DNA of 32,000 nucleotides, taken from contig JBHLRO010000032.1 of assembly GCA_048882505.1 (NCBI GenBank), positions 1,744 through 33,743 of the forward strand, written 5' to 3'. This document shows, piece after piece, positions 18,006 to 27,240 of the stretch. This stretch comes from Candidatus Thorarchaeota archaeon. Lineage in GTDB: Archaea > Asgardarchaeota > Heimdallarchaeia > Hodarchaeales > Hodarchaeaceae. The notes under the pieces are model-generated. The model was not told the origin of the DNA and did not search any database. It saw nothing but the letters and a program-made list of their open reading frames with translations. How positions within the stretch are numbered: the stretch's first letter is position 1; each line of letters begins with the position of its first letter. A program made the translations under genes and the position numbers.

Positions 18006-18536
18006 TCAGATACTTCCCTTCTTGGTTCGATACAGCTGTCTAATGGTACTTATTTGGCCGTGATGATAGGAATCATGGTGAATCATCGTGAATATGATCC
18101 TTTTAACAGGCCACAAGTCCCCCCAGTTGGTAGAAACCTCTAGTTCCAGTTGCTCATCGGTTAACAACCGAATGCTTTCCACTAATCGCTCTTGAGTCTG
18201 TTTCAAGTAACTAACGCACATGGGCCATTGGGGCGAATCCAGGGCACTCCACTTTAGGTGACGCTCCCTGAAAGCGTAATCATCATACATTATTTTGCAA
18301 TGCGCTAGATGTACCACCTTAAATTCAATGGTAGAAACAGGATCAAATTTTTGTGCCCTTAGCCAATCGCTTCCTTTTTCGTTCCACCTTTTTATGGTAT
18401 CTAACGTCATCGAATTAGGAGTCGGCAACCATCTAGCCTCTGTTTTTGACAGCATAGCTAGGAGTTTAAGTAGCTCCTGAAAACGGTATTCCAATTCCCG
18501 TTCTATAATAGGAATAATCTTTCGGTCAGCGGTCAT
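18006..18536 (-). CDS. DinB/YfiT-family protein
   Basis: VVHLAHC and IHHDSYHHGQI metal-binding His pattern in a helical protein. Confidence 0.8.
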   Translation of the reverse strand: MTADRKIIPIIERELEYRFQELLKLLAMLSKTEARWLPTPNSMTLDTIKRWNEKGSDWLRAQKFDPVSTIEFKVVHLAHCKIMYDDYAFRERHLKWSALDSPQWPMCVSYLKQTQERLVESIRLLTDEQLELEVSTNWGDLWPVKRIIFTMIHHDSYHHGQISTIRQLYRTKKGSI

Positions 18537-18728
18537 AGTTCAGACGTTCTATGCGATCTTTTCTAATATCTTTGGTTCAAGAAACTAGGAAACGTGGATG
18601 CTGATTCTCGAATCACCCGTGTAAGCAGAATCGTAGTTTCGCAAATAATAATAAAACTTCCGGCTGCAAGTGAAGTGAAGGTGGCGTGTGATAACTAGAT
18701 AGGAAATGTAATCAAGCAGATTACGAGA

Positions 18729-19151
18729 TTATTGCGGTGAATCGCCGTGATGGAGGTCAATCGAAGATAAGACAGGATCTTTGCCTTTTCTAACAATCAT
18801 AACTACGCCATCACATACATCTGGACAGCAATCAACCAGAAATCCCAGTATCTTTTGAACTCGCATTGTTACTTCGGTCACCATCTCCTTACCCTTCAAA
18901 GTCAGCGCATACGTTCGGATCCGTTTATCTTTTCGGGCATCCAATGTTGTTTCTTTGATGTAACCTTTTTCTGACAATGATTGGACGATCTTATAGGTAG
19001 CTCCAGTGGTAGGAGTCCAATTCTCGCCTAGATCATTCCTGATCTTTTTTACGATTTCTGTACCAGATAAGGACGAGGAATTGTAGAGTGACATTAAAAA
19101 CAGGGCTTCTAAAGAGGTTATCTCAATATTCTTGCCGATCATACTTAACAC
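18729..19151 (-). CDS. PadR-family winged-helix regulator with C-terminal DCCPDVCD
   Basis: LSGTEIVKKI...PTTGATYKIVQSLSEKGYI...RIRTYALTLKGKEM. The start is GTG 19151 or ATG 19142. Confidence 0.85.
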   Translation of the reverse strand: MLSMIGKNIEITSLEALFLMSLYNSSSLSGTEIVKKIRNDLGENWTPTTGATYKIVQSLSEKGYIKETTLDARKDKRIRTYALTLKGKEMVTEVTMRVQKILGFLVDCCPDVCDGVVMIVRKGKDPVLSSIDLHHGDSPQ

Positions 19152-19215
19152 ATTGAGTTTGTTAACAGTTCTCCAATTCTCGAAGTGTTTTTTGTCATTT
19201 TCCCTGACCTCAAAA

Positions 19216-19225
19216 TATATAAATA
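19216..19225 (+). promoter_or_regulatory. TATA box of arsM (possibly shared with divergent padR)
   Basis: TATATAAATA preceded by CAAAA in the AT-rich divergent intergenic region. Confidence 0.6.
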
Positions 19226-19232
19226 TTTGTTT

Positions 19233-19270
19233 CTTTGGAATATTCCAAAGGAATATTGATTATGAATATT
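19233..19270. promoter_or_regulatory. Candidate operator: perfect 18-bp palindrome plus GAATATT repeats
   Basis: CTTTGGAATATTCCAAAG at 19233-19250. GAATATT occurs at 19238, 19251 and 19264, a 13-bp period. Confidence 0.65.
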
Positions 19271-19310
19271 TGCCAATCCAATCGTTAGAATCTTAAAAGA
19301 AGGAAATCCT

Positions 19311-20339
19311 ATGACAAGTCTTGAAACATCCAAGAAGGTAAAAGATGAACAAAAAAATACCGATTCGAAAGCTAATATCGAATCGACGTTTGTAGAGGCC
19401 CTTTCTGACCGCAACTACTCGTGTTGTGGGTCTGAATCATCTTCTGAAGAGAGCTCACCAAAGACAATTGATGATACCACCGTGAGGAGAGAAGTTCGGA
19501 AACAATATCGGGCAATTGCTACTGAGACTAACCAATCTGAAGACGATGGATCTGAAATTCTCAAGCAAAACCTTGAGACGAGTGGCTATACGTGGTATTC
19601 TGAGGAAGACCTAGATAGTATTCCCCAAGGGGCTAATCTAGGTTTGGGTTCAGGTAATCCGGTCAAGCTGGCGTCAGTTCGACCAGGCGAGGTCGTGGTT
19701 GACCTTGGTTCAGGAGCGGGAGTAGATGTATTTCTCGCCTCGAAGAAAACGGGGAGCAACGGAAAAGTCATAGGAGTGGATATGACTCCAGAAATGGTTG
19801 ATAAGGCACGTAGCAATGTTCGATCAGGTAAATACGACAACGTCGAATTTCGACTTGGTGAAATCGAACATTTACCTATTGCAGACAATACTGCGGATCT
19901 CATAATTTCAAACTGCGTTATCAATTTATCCGTTGATAAATCGCAGGTATTCCGTGATGCTTATCGTGTTCTAAAGCCTGGGGGTCGATTGGTGATTTCA
20001 GACATAATCTTGGAGAAAGAACTTCCAAAGGTTGTAAGGGACGCAATTCAGCACGTTCCTGGATGTCTTACAAGATCGCAAACGGAACGAGAGTACCTCA
20101 GTCTAATCGAATCCGCTGGATTTGTTAACGTCGAAACATTGGATAAAATGATCCTTTCCCCTCGGGATTCGCAGAATAAGAAGCTATTAGAAGAGAATTT
20201 TGAAGGGACACGGAAGGCTCGCGTCATTCTGGATGGAAAGCCCGTCGAAATAGATATGTCTGCTGAGGAAATCAAGGAATTATCAACGTCTATTTCTGCT
20301 GCCCACATCAGAGCGATAAAACCCAAGATAGGCCCTTGA
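19311..20339 (+). CDS. arsM: Arsenite S-adenosylmethionine methyltransferase
   Basis: ANLGLGSGNP, VVDLGSGAGVD, VIGVDMTPEMV, LGEIEHLP, ISNCVINLS, LKPGGRLVISD, GC motif. Confidence 0.85.
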   Translation: MTSLETSKKVKDEQKNTDSKANIESTFVEALSDRNYSCCGSESSSEESSPKTIDDTTVRREVRKQYRAIATETNQSEDDGSEILKQNLETSGYTWYSEEDLDSIPQGANLGLGSGNPVKLASVRPGEVVVDLGSGAGVDVFLASKKTGSNGKVIGVDMTPEMVDKARSNVRSGKYDNVEFRLGEIEHLPIADNTADLIISNCVINLSVDKSQVFRDAYRVLKPGGRLVISDIILEKELPKVVRDAIQHVPGCLTRSQTEREYLSLIESAGFVNVETLDKMILSPRDSQNKKLLEENFEGTRKARVILDGKPVEIDMSAEEIKELSTSISAAHIRAIKPKIGP

Positions 20340-20510
20340 AAACTTTTCATCCTTAACTTATACCCGTTTCTTCGCACGTTTTAAGAGAAAACCTTACTTC
20401 TACTCTTTTTTGTAGCGTAAGTTTTCCAGCTCCAGCCTTCCAGATTAATAGCCGTCATTGAAAAAGTAATAAATCCTAGAAACCCTTAGTTTCTGCAAGC
20501 GGAGATCAAC

Positions 20511-20609
20511 GTGGAGTATGCAAAACTTCTTCGTGCAGCCCTATTACTAGTAATCACGATCATATTTATCATAGGATTAATTGTCTTCTTCTATTTTAAC
20601 ATGGATTGA
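20511..20609 (+). CDS. 32-aa single-pass membrane microprotein (not in the ORF track)
   Basis: MEYAKLLRAALLLVITIIFIIGLIVFFYFNMD. GGAG lies 6 nt before the GTG, with an AT-rich TATA-like tract at about 20461-20474 and a T-rich tract after the stop. Confidence 0.5.
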   Translation: MEYAKLLRAALLLVITIIFIIGLIVFFYFNMD

Positions 20610-20681
20610 AAAACTATACCTTTTTATTTCCTTATCTGGAGTCTAACAGGCCTAAAATTAATATATCACCATTTTGCTTTT

Positions 20682-22016
20682 CTATATTGGCATTTTCTTA
20701 CCCAGGTATTCATCTGATTCCCAAAATTCATCTGAATCCCTTGTTTCGCGTTTCCACCATTTTTTGCTTTCCTTTGGACGTTTGGAGATCCTTTTTTTAA
20801 GCGATTCATAATTTCGTTTGAAAAATCCAATCTTGGGTTCCTCCCCACAAACGGTTCTTCTTGGAATCTTTGGTTTTCCCTTTCCTCGATCCAACCAGAC
20901 CCAAAGAGGATTAAATACTGGTAATTTTCTTATTATGAACAGTCTAAGCCTCCTAAAAAGACTGCGGGGCTTGCCAAATTGGCAAACGGCCAGGCAATTA
21001 GAACAATCCGAGGTATTTAATGTCCAGTACTGATAACACGTGTCAACGTTCACGTACCACTTATATGTGGCGCCGGAATTATTGGAGGGGGTTTTCCAAT
21101 GGCTCTCCCAAGTGGGATTTTTATCGAAAGGGATAGCCTGGGGAGGGCAATATTTCGCGCACTTCTGACAAACTTGGCAATATTTTCTAACACCAAAAAA
21201 GGTTGGGGAGTCTGATTCCATTGGAAAATCGGTAAATACTTTGCATATTCTGACATTCGGACCCAACCTAGGATGAATAAGCATTCCGTGCCTCCCAAAT
21301 TCGCCCAGTCCGGCCTTGATGGCAAGAGGGACTGAGAGTCCTACATCATTTCCCGCTTGAATGGCAGTATAACCCAGATTCCGAAGGAATTCTCCCATTA
21401 GCGAAATCGAAAAGGCCATTCTTGAATACGCATCTCCGGTCGTAATACTAGCAGGAAGTTCCGGTGACGTTCTCAAAGCCTCTGCATCCATCTCTATGAG
21501 CAATATGATTGCATATTTGACCCCTTCTGGTAATTTCAGTGGACTTCCGTCGTCATTATGAGAATAGATTAACTTCGGATCTATCTCACAAATCCCCACG
21601 TCAGCCGCGCCAAATATCTGCCCGACTCGTTTAACGGTTTTCGAATTGATTCTGGGATCCTTGGATTCATATTTAGGAAGAGTTGTACTAAGTTGAGTCA
21701 ATTCAACTTTTCCAGGATACGGTATACGATCCCAGGAAAAGGCTTGTGGGTATTTATCGTAGATCGTCCATGCTGCTGATTGTACAGCATAACCCACTCG
21801 ACTATATCCTTTCTTCCCAACCATTGTTCCCTGTTTTTCGGCCAAAGTCTTTCCGTATGCTCTGTATGAAGGATCCCATCTAACCCGGGAAAAAATCACA
21901 TTCCTTTGCGAGAATTGTGAAAAATCCTCTTCTAGCATTGCATAACCTAACTTGTTGCTCCAAAACTCCCTTTCTTTCGATCGTTTCTGTTCACTTAACT
22001 GCATCGAATGAACCAT
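20682..22016 (-). CDS. rdhA: Reductive dehalogenase (cobalamin, 2x Fe-S), no Tat signal
   Basis: FGAADVGI, LRNLGYTA, PLAIKAGLGEFGRHG, GPNVRICKVFTD, CQVCQKCAKYCP and C...CSNCLAVC. Confidence 0.88.
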   Translation of the reverse strand: MVHSMQLSEQKRSKEREFWSNKLGYAMLEEDFSQFSQRNVIFSRVRWDPSYRAYGKTLAEKQGTMVGKKGYSRVGYAVQSAAWTIYDKYPQAFSWDRIPYPGKVELTQLSTTLPKYESKDPRINSKTVKRVGQIFGAADVGICEIDPKLIYSHNDDGSPLKLPEGVKYAIILLIEMDAEALRTSPELPASITTGDAYSRMAFSISLMGEFLRNLGYTAIQAGNDVGLSVPLAIKAGLGEFGRHGMLIHPRLGPNVRICKVFTDFPMESDSPTFFGVRKYCQVCQKCAKYCPPQAIPFDKNPTWESHWKTPSNNSGATYKWYVNVDTCYQYWTLNTSDCSNCLAVCQFGKPRSLFRRLRLFIIRKLPVFNPLWVWLDRGKGKPKIPRRTVCGEEPKIGFFKRNYESLKKRISKRPKESKKWWKRETRDSDEFWESDEYLGKKMPI

Positions 22017-22341
22017 TTAATGCGAAAAAATACTCTCCAATAAATTTTATGGTTATTCTTTTCAATAATTAAGTTGAATCAAATAAATATTTCGATAACG
22101 GAATAAGAATGCCTTTTTGAAGTGCCTCATGATGTTTCTTCATGATTTAGCTATATTGGGCCTAATTAAAGGGTGTTTAAGCTGGTGTCCCCCGAATATG
22201 GTCATATAGCTGGAATTCACGGTACATTGACCGGATGTTACTGCAAACATCCGTCAATATCGCTATCTATTAAAACTGAATTTAGAACGTATTGGTTAAA
22301 CCAGCGAAAAAATATTCCAACAGACTCCAAGGTGGATTGTT

Positions 22342-23151
22342 ATGGATTCAGGTCTTGATGGAGAGCATGTTCTAATAACAGGAGCTAGCGGAGGTATCGG
22401 ACAGGCAATAGCGAAAGTTTTTGACGGCGAAGGGTGTAAACTTTCGCTTCATTATAATAAAAACGAAAAGGGGATTTCCCGGCTAATTCGAACCCTGAAT
22501 AACAATTATTGTGTACTCAAGGCGGATTTGACTTCGGAAAAACAAACTAAACAGCTATTTCAGGATAGTATGGGCGCCAATGGGCGAATCGATAGGTTGG
22601 TGATAAATCACGGTGTTTGGCCAGAAAATTCAACGCCTGTCCATGAAATGGAGTTAGATCAATGGGATAGAACAATTGGAATCAACCTTCGAGCGGCTTT
22701 TATCTGCAGTAAGTTCTACATGCAGAATCTAACAACCTTTCCAAAAGCTACCGGAAGTGTTGTATATATTGGTAGTACAGCAGGCGTATTTGGGGAGGCT
22801 GGGCATGCAGATTATGCTGTTTCAAAGGCAGGTCTTCTGGGACTAATGCTATCGTTAAAAAATGAAATTATATATGTGGCATACAGGGCCCGTGTAAATA
22901 TCGTTGCTCCGGGTTGGACAAAAACGCCAATGGCTGAAAATTCTCTAAAAGATGACACTTTGGTGAGGTCTGCTCTTCAAACGATGCCATTGAGAAAAAT
23001 TGCCCAACCGTCCGATATTGCCAACATGGTTTTGTTTCTGAGTTCAGATAAGCTAGCGGGACACATATCTGGGCAAATAGTTACTGTAGCTGGTGGAATG
23101 GAGGGAAGAAAGCTTTTTAAACCGAATGAAATTGAAATAGATAAAATCTAG
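22342..23151 (+). CDS. Short-chain dehydrogenase/reductase
   Basis: TGASGGIG, catalytic Ser in IGSTAG, YAVSK, RVNIVAPG. Confidence 0.9.
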   Translation: MDSGLDGEHVLITGASGGIGQAIAKVFDGEGCKLSLHYNKNEKGISRLIRTLNNNYCVLKADLTSEKQTKQLFQDSMGANGRIDRLVINHGVWPENSTPVHEMELDQWDRTIGINLRAAFICSKFYMQNLTTFPKATGSVVYIGSTAGVFGEAGHADYAVSKAGLLGLMLSLKNEIIYVAYRARVNIVAPGWTKTPMAENSLKDDTLVRSALQTMPLRKIAQPSDIANMVLFLSSDKLAGHISGQIVTVAGGMEGRKLFKPNEIEIDKI

Positions 23152-23218
23152 GCCCTGAAAAGGTGGAAGATCGGGGTGAGAACGAATCTATTCCACGAAA
23201 AGTCGAGTAAAAGGGTAT

Positions 23219-23758
23219 TCAAATTTTAAATCGCAATCTTCTGGTCGGACATTCAAATCTCTCAAAGAAAGGGCCCTTCCAATGCACGATTCGAATTATC
23301 TCTGCTTTTACATAAAGATCATTCGTTGAGGCAAAGGTTTCTACCAACATGGGTATAAGGTGGGAACTGTATCGTCTCCGAAGCCGTTCCAAACATTCTG
23401 AGATATCCTCCCAAGAATCGCTTAGTTCTGTTACCGCGGTGATCATTATACCAGAATTTTCAAGGGGATTAGACGGGTGCGTCGTATCTGTAGTCAATGA
23501 AACAAAAGGATTCCTTCTTAGATTTCTTGCCTTGACAGAGGTTTTACTAATCAGGAATGATAAGCTGCATTGGTTCATTTCGTAGTAATACATGATGGGA
23601 GTTATGTGGGGCATCCCTCGAGATAAGGTACAGCAATACAAAAGCTGACTGTTTATCAAAAATCCAAGGTTGTCTCTGGAAATATCACAAAAGTGCTTAT
23701 TATCTGAACACTCGATTGTGATAATTCTTTTACTTAAATTTTGCTGCAGATTGATCAC
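23219..23758 (-). CDS. Pyridoxamine 5'-phosphate oxidase-like split-barrel flavin/F420-binding protein
   Basis: GMPHITPIMY...SVKARNLRRNPFVSL. Confidence 0.8.
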   Translation of the reverse strand: MINLQQNLSKRIITIECSDNKHFCDISRDNLGFLINSQLLYCCTLSRGMPHITPIMYYYEMNQCSLSFLISKTSVKARNLRRNPFVSLTTDTTHPSNPLENSGIMITAVTELSDSWEDISECLERLRRRYSSHLIPMLVETFASTNDLYVKAEIIRIVHWKGPFFERFECPTRRLRFKI

Positions 23759-23764
23759 TCGGCT

Positions 23765-25039
23765 CTAAAAAGCTATTTGAGTATATTTGGTTCCTTTCCA
23801 CCAGATTAAGCGTGAGGGAAGGACTTCAACAATAGTGCGACTTAAGATAGGTCGTGTTCGCCACGCAGTCGGTAAGAAACGTCGTTGTTCCTTATACTGC
23901 TTAAGATACTCGGGATATTTCCTATAAAAAAGGCTTCTAATCAAAAGAAGTCGAACTCCAAAAACCATTATGTACAAAATGGCAGTAAAAAGGTCATGTC
24001 CATAGACTCTTGCCTGGCCCTGAATTAATACTCCTTGGCTTTTTGCCAGCTCCCTTTCATCCCTTCTTTCAATACATACAGCCACCCTGGGGTTTTTACG
24101 TAAATGTCGAACTTTTGCGCTTTTAATGGAGGTGGCAAAGAACACATTTCTCCCGTCAAACACAAATAGCGTTGGAGTTACGTGAGGCATCCGGTTTTTC
24201 GATCTGGTACCAACATAGGCAAATCGAGTCGATGTTAAAAGGCGAATGACGTTTTCAGGAATTGCCTTGGCGTGGAGGATTCTTAGCTGAAGAAGATTAA
24301 CGGTTGCAGAAATAAAAGCTACCGTCAAGTACAAATATAGTCCAATGATTAGAATAGGATCTAAGATAAGGAAGGGAAATAGAAAAATCCCGCCACCTAG
24401 AGCCAAATAATGGTATTTATCCGCTTCTTCTAGAACCTTAATGTTGTTAGGGAGGAAATTCTCCTTTAATTTCGCGTTCTGGATAATCCGTCCTAACCAA
24501 ACATTCCTACGGATTTGGGTGAACATAACATAGGTTGAGAGGCCAATTCGATAACAGATATCCCACGAAACAAGAAATACGTACAAGAGGATAAACGGGG
24601 GGAGTGAAGTAAGTTGGAGTTCTTCCTGAAGTGTCACAATTAGAGAGTGAGGGGCCAACAAGAAGACAAGAGTTATTATATATATAATTACACCTATAAC
24701 AATGCTGGAGGGGTGAAATAGGGCATCCAGGTATTGAATTAGAAATTTCCTGTTAACGCTGTTAAGTTTTTCAACCTGGGTTTCCCGTAAGATCCTAGCG
24801 TACCTGAAAATGCCCAGGGTCCAAACGCTAATACTGAGCGCTGCCATGATCCCTGACATAAAAAAATACGGAGGAATGGGGTAAACTACGAAAATTGCCA
24901 CACCCCAGAGGAAATAGAGAACTGTTAACAGCCCTACGTTTAAAGGCGACTTAAATTTATTCAGAGGCCAAACGCCATCAAAAACCTGTTCTTGGAGAAA
25001 CTTATAAGGCTTAGGACGTTGCATTTTGCCAAGTTTCAA
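23765..25039 (-). CDS. Membrane protein (about 6 TM) fused to a C-terminal PNPOx-like split-barrel domain
   Basis: Hydrophobic N-terminal region, then RMPHVTPTLFVFDGRNVFFATSIKSAKVRHLRKNPRVAVCI. TTG start with upstream GAGAGGT. Confidence 0.8.
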   Translation of the reverse strand: MKLGKMQRPKPYKFLQEQVFDGVWPLNKFKSPLNVGLLTVLYFLWGVAIFVVYPIPPYFFMSGIMAALSISVWTLGIFRYARILRETQVEKLNSVNRKFLIQYLDALFHPSSIVIGVIIYIITLVFLLAPHSLIVTLQEELQLTSLPPFILLYVFLVSWDICYRIGLSTYVMFTQIRRNVWLGRIIQNAKLKENFLPNNIKVLEEADKYHYLALGGGIFLFPFLILDPILIIGLYLYLTVAFISATVNLLQLRILHAKAIPENVIRLLTSTRFAYVGTRSKNRMPHVTPTLFVFDGRNVFFATSIKSAKVRHLRKNPRVAVCIERRDERELAKSQGVLIQGQARVYGHDLFTAILYIMVFGVRLLLIRSLFYRKYPEYLKQYKEQRRFLPTAWRTRPILSRTIVEVLPSRLIWWKGTKYTQIAF

Positions 25040-25220
25040 TATATATACCTCTCAATCGCCTTTAATGAAGTGAGTTGCCTAGATGGACGAGTGGGATGGA
25101 TCCATTCCACTTGGTTTTTTTTTATGATTTATCGTTCTTCGGAATTTTAATTTTTAATTAATAAACTTTGGCACGAAAATTAGAAGTTTAACGTTCTTCT
25201 CGGAACAGTAGGAACGGCTT

Positions 25221-25667
25221 ATGTCAATAATAGCTGTAAAATCAAACGTGGAAGCATCGATAGATCAGGTCTGGAATGTGATATCAAATTTTGAGCAACC
25301 CCATCGTTATCACCCTTATATCATCAAGACACAGTTGTTGAGTGATCAAAAACAAGGGATCGGCGCAAAACGTCGATGTGATATGAATGACAACACTTTC
25401 GTGGTTGAGGAGGTGATTGAGTGGATTGAAAAAGAACGTATAACCGTGGATGAAACCCATTTTCACGCTGTGTCTCAATCAAGAGTCTCCTTTGGATTAA
25501 ATAAGTTAACTGCGTCAACCTCTGCAGTAACAATCAGAATGGATTATGTCCGAAAACCAGGTTTCTTGGGGTGGCTGGAAGAGCAAATTACAGTCAAAAT
25601 ATTCATGAAACGGGTTTTCAAGAGGATAATAAAAAATATCGGGGAGATAATTCATAATAGTTCGTAA
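25221..25667 (+). CDS. SRPBCC (START-like/polyketide cyclase) family protein
   Basis: VEASIDQVWNVISNF...GIGAKRRC...VEEVIEW. Confidence 0.8.
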   Translation: MSIIAVKSNVEASIDQVWNVISNFEQPHRYHPYIIKTQLLSDQKQGIGAKRRCDMNDNTFVVEEVIEWIEKERITVDETHFHAVSQSRVSFGLNKLTASTSAVTIRMDYVRKPGFLGWLEEQITVKIFMKRVFKRIIKNIGEIIHNSS

Positions 25668-25823
25668 AAGACACTTTTTTTTCTTATTAAGTATGGAAAC
25701 TCTTCGGGTAAATAGAAAATCGCCGATTAAGCGGGAGAGATTCTTTAGTTCAACTTATTAATACTGGGAGACCCATCATATTCGACAGTTAATTATAGGG
25801 GCGTTATAAAACTGAATTTTGGC

Positions 25824-26381
25824 TTGGTTGGAGGATGTGCGATGGGTGAGCGAATTCCTCAAGAGTCTTACACAGCGCATATTGTATTCTTTAATTATTC
25901 TCTTTGCTGTCTTCCATCGTTGGATAAGATGATAGGGGGCCTGGATGAGGCATGGCGAGTATTGAGACCAGGAGGATTACTCGTGAACTTCTATCCGTTT
26001 GTTGCACCCGTCCAGCTTTTTGCACGAATTGACTCCAATATATCTATCGAAGTTCCTCCATATACCCAGGGGATGGGATTCGATGAAAGCTACACGTTCA
26101 AGAATGCAGTCGTTTTCCGGGGATTTGAGCTGATCATTGAAGAAAAGATTACACTAAGATCATTTTATCGCTCCGAACACCAGGCAATGAAAGATATATT
26201 GCCTGAAAGAAGTATAAGGTATCTTGGAATTGATCAGTTCCTTAATTTTTGTATATCCAAATTGGTTGGGAAGTTTGTTACGAACCGAGAAAAACCTGAA
26301 TGGTTCCAGCTCGGGAAAGATGATGAATTTACGCTCGTCTGTCAGATATTCATGAAAAAGGGTTACATGGCGAGGAATTAG
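25824..26381 (+). pseudogene. Class I SAM methyltransferase, apparently N-terminally truncated
   Basis: NYSLCCL...LDEAWRVLRPGGLLV is present. No glycine-rich motif I was found before the in-frame TAG at 25746-25748. Confidence 0.45.
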
Positions 26382-26639
26382 CAGCCGGATTTTTTCAAAC
26401 GGTTGGATATTGAATGTCGTCAAAGTGGAGATTGACGACATACGCGATGGCTCATATGTAATTCGATCATTGAGGAAAGATTCGGCTAGCTCACATGGAA
26501 CTTCTGCTGGTATTCCTTATTGCCGCCTCCAAATGGGTTCCCAGATCAACTTGTTTATATGATTAAGTTCCCTTTATCTTGTATTTACGAAATCTATAAA
26601 CATGTCGATCCTGTCCGATGAAATCGAGGTGACAACTAG

Positions 26640-27110
26640 ATGGTGGAAATAGACCATGGATTTGACACTGATATGACCTACGCAATAGCAGGAACATTCA
26701 CAGGGGGGCTGTCAAGCAAGGGATTCCGAGCCTTGAAAGACGAATGGTTCAACGTGAAAAAAGTTTATCCTATCTGTCCTGACAAAGATAGTGTTGATGA
26801 CATCAAAGCCTATCAATCTCTTGGCGAGCTTCCAGAGCCAGTAGATGTGGTTATTGTGGTACACAAACCTTCGATAACAACGGATATTGTGAGGCAAGCC
26901 AGCCGGTTGGATCCTAAACCAGCGATTTGGTTTATGCCCCGAACTGATACACCTGAGAGCATAGATATTTGTGAGCAAAATGGGATGAAATATGCTAGAT
27001 CGTGCTTAATGGGACATCGGGAGGTTTCGGGGATGAAACGCTTCATTAATATTCACTACTACCATTCAAGATTAGGAAAAATGAATCGTATTCCAAAACA
27101 AGTTAGCTAG
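26640..27110 (+). CDS. CoA-binding domain protein (YccU-like)
   Basis: VYPICP, AYQSLGELPEPVDVVIV, AIWFMP, SCLM. Confidence 0.8.
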   Translation: MVEIDHGFDTDMTYAIAGTFTGGLSSKGFRALKDEWFNVKKVYPICPDKDSVDDIKAYQSLGELPEPVDVVIVVHKPSITTDIVRQASRLDPKPAIWFMPRTDTPESIDICEQNGMKYARSCLMGHREVSGMKRFINIHYYHSRLGKMNRIPKQVS

Positions 27111-27240
27111 TGTTCCATGTCCCGCCGATTCTTGAGGACAATTTCGGGTAAATTCTCTCTTAGTGTATTCGTTGGATGACTATTATTCTTCTACTAAATC
27201 CATCAAAGCAGTTAAGTAATCCAACAAGCTACCTTTACGC

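Noticed and set aside
7864-20609. In-frame TGA as selenocysteine at several ORF ends
   Set aside because: No TGA aligns to a catalytic Cys position, and no homologous-looking continuation follows the stops.
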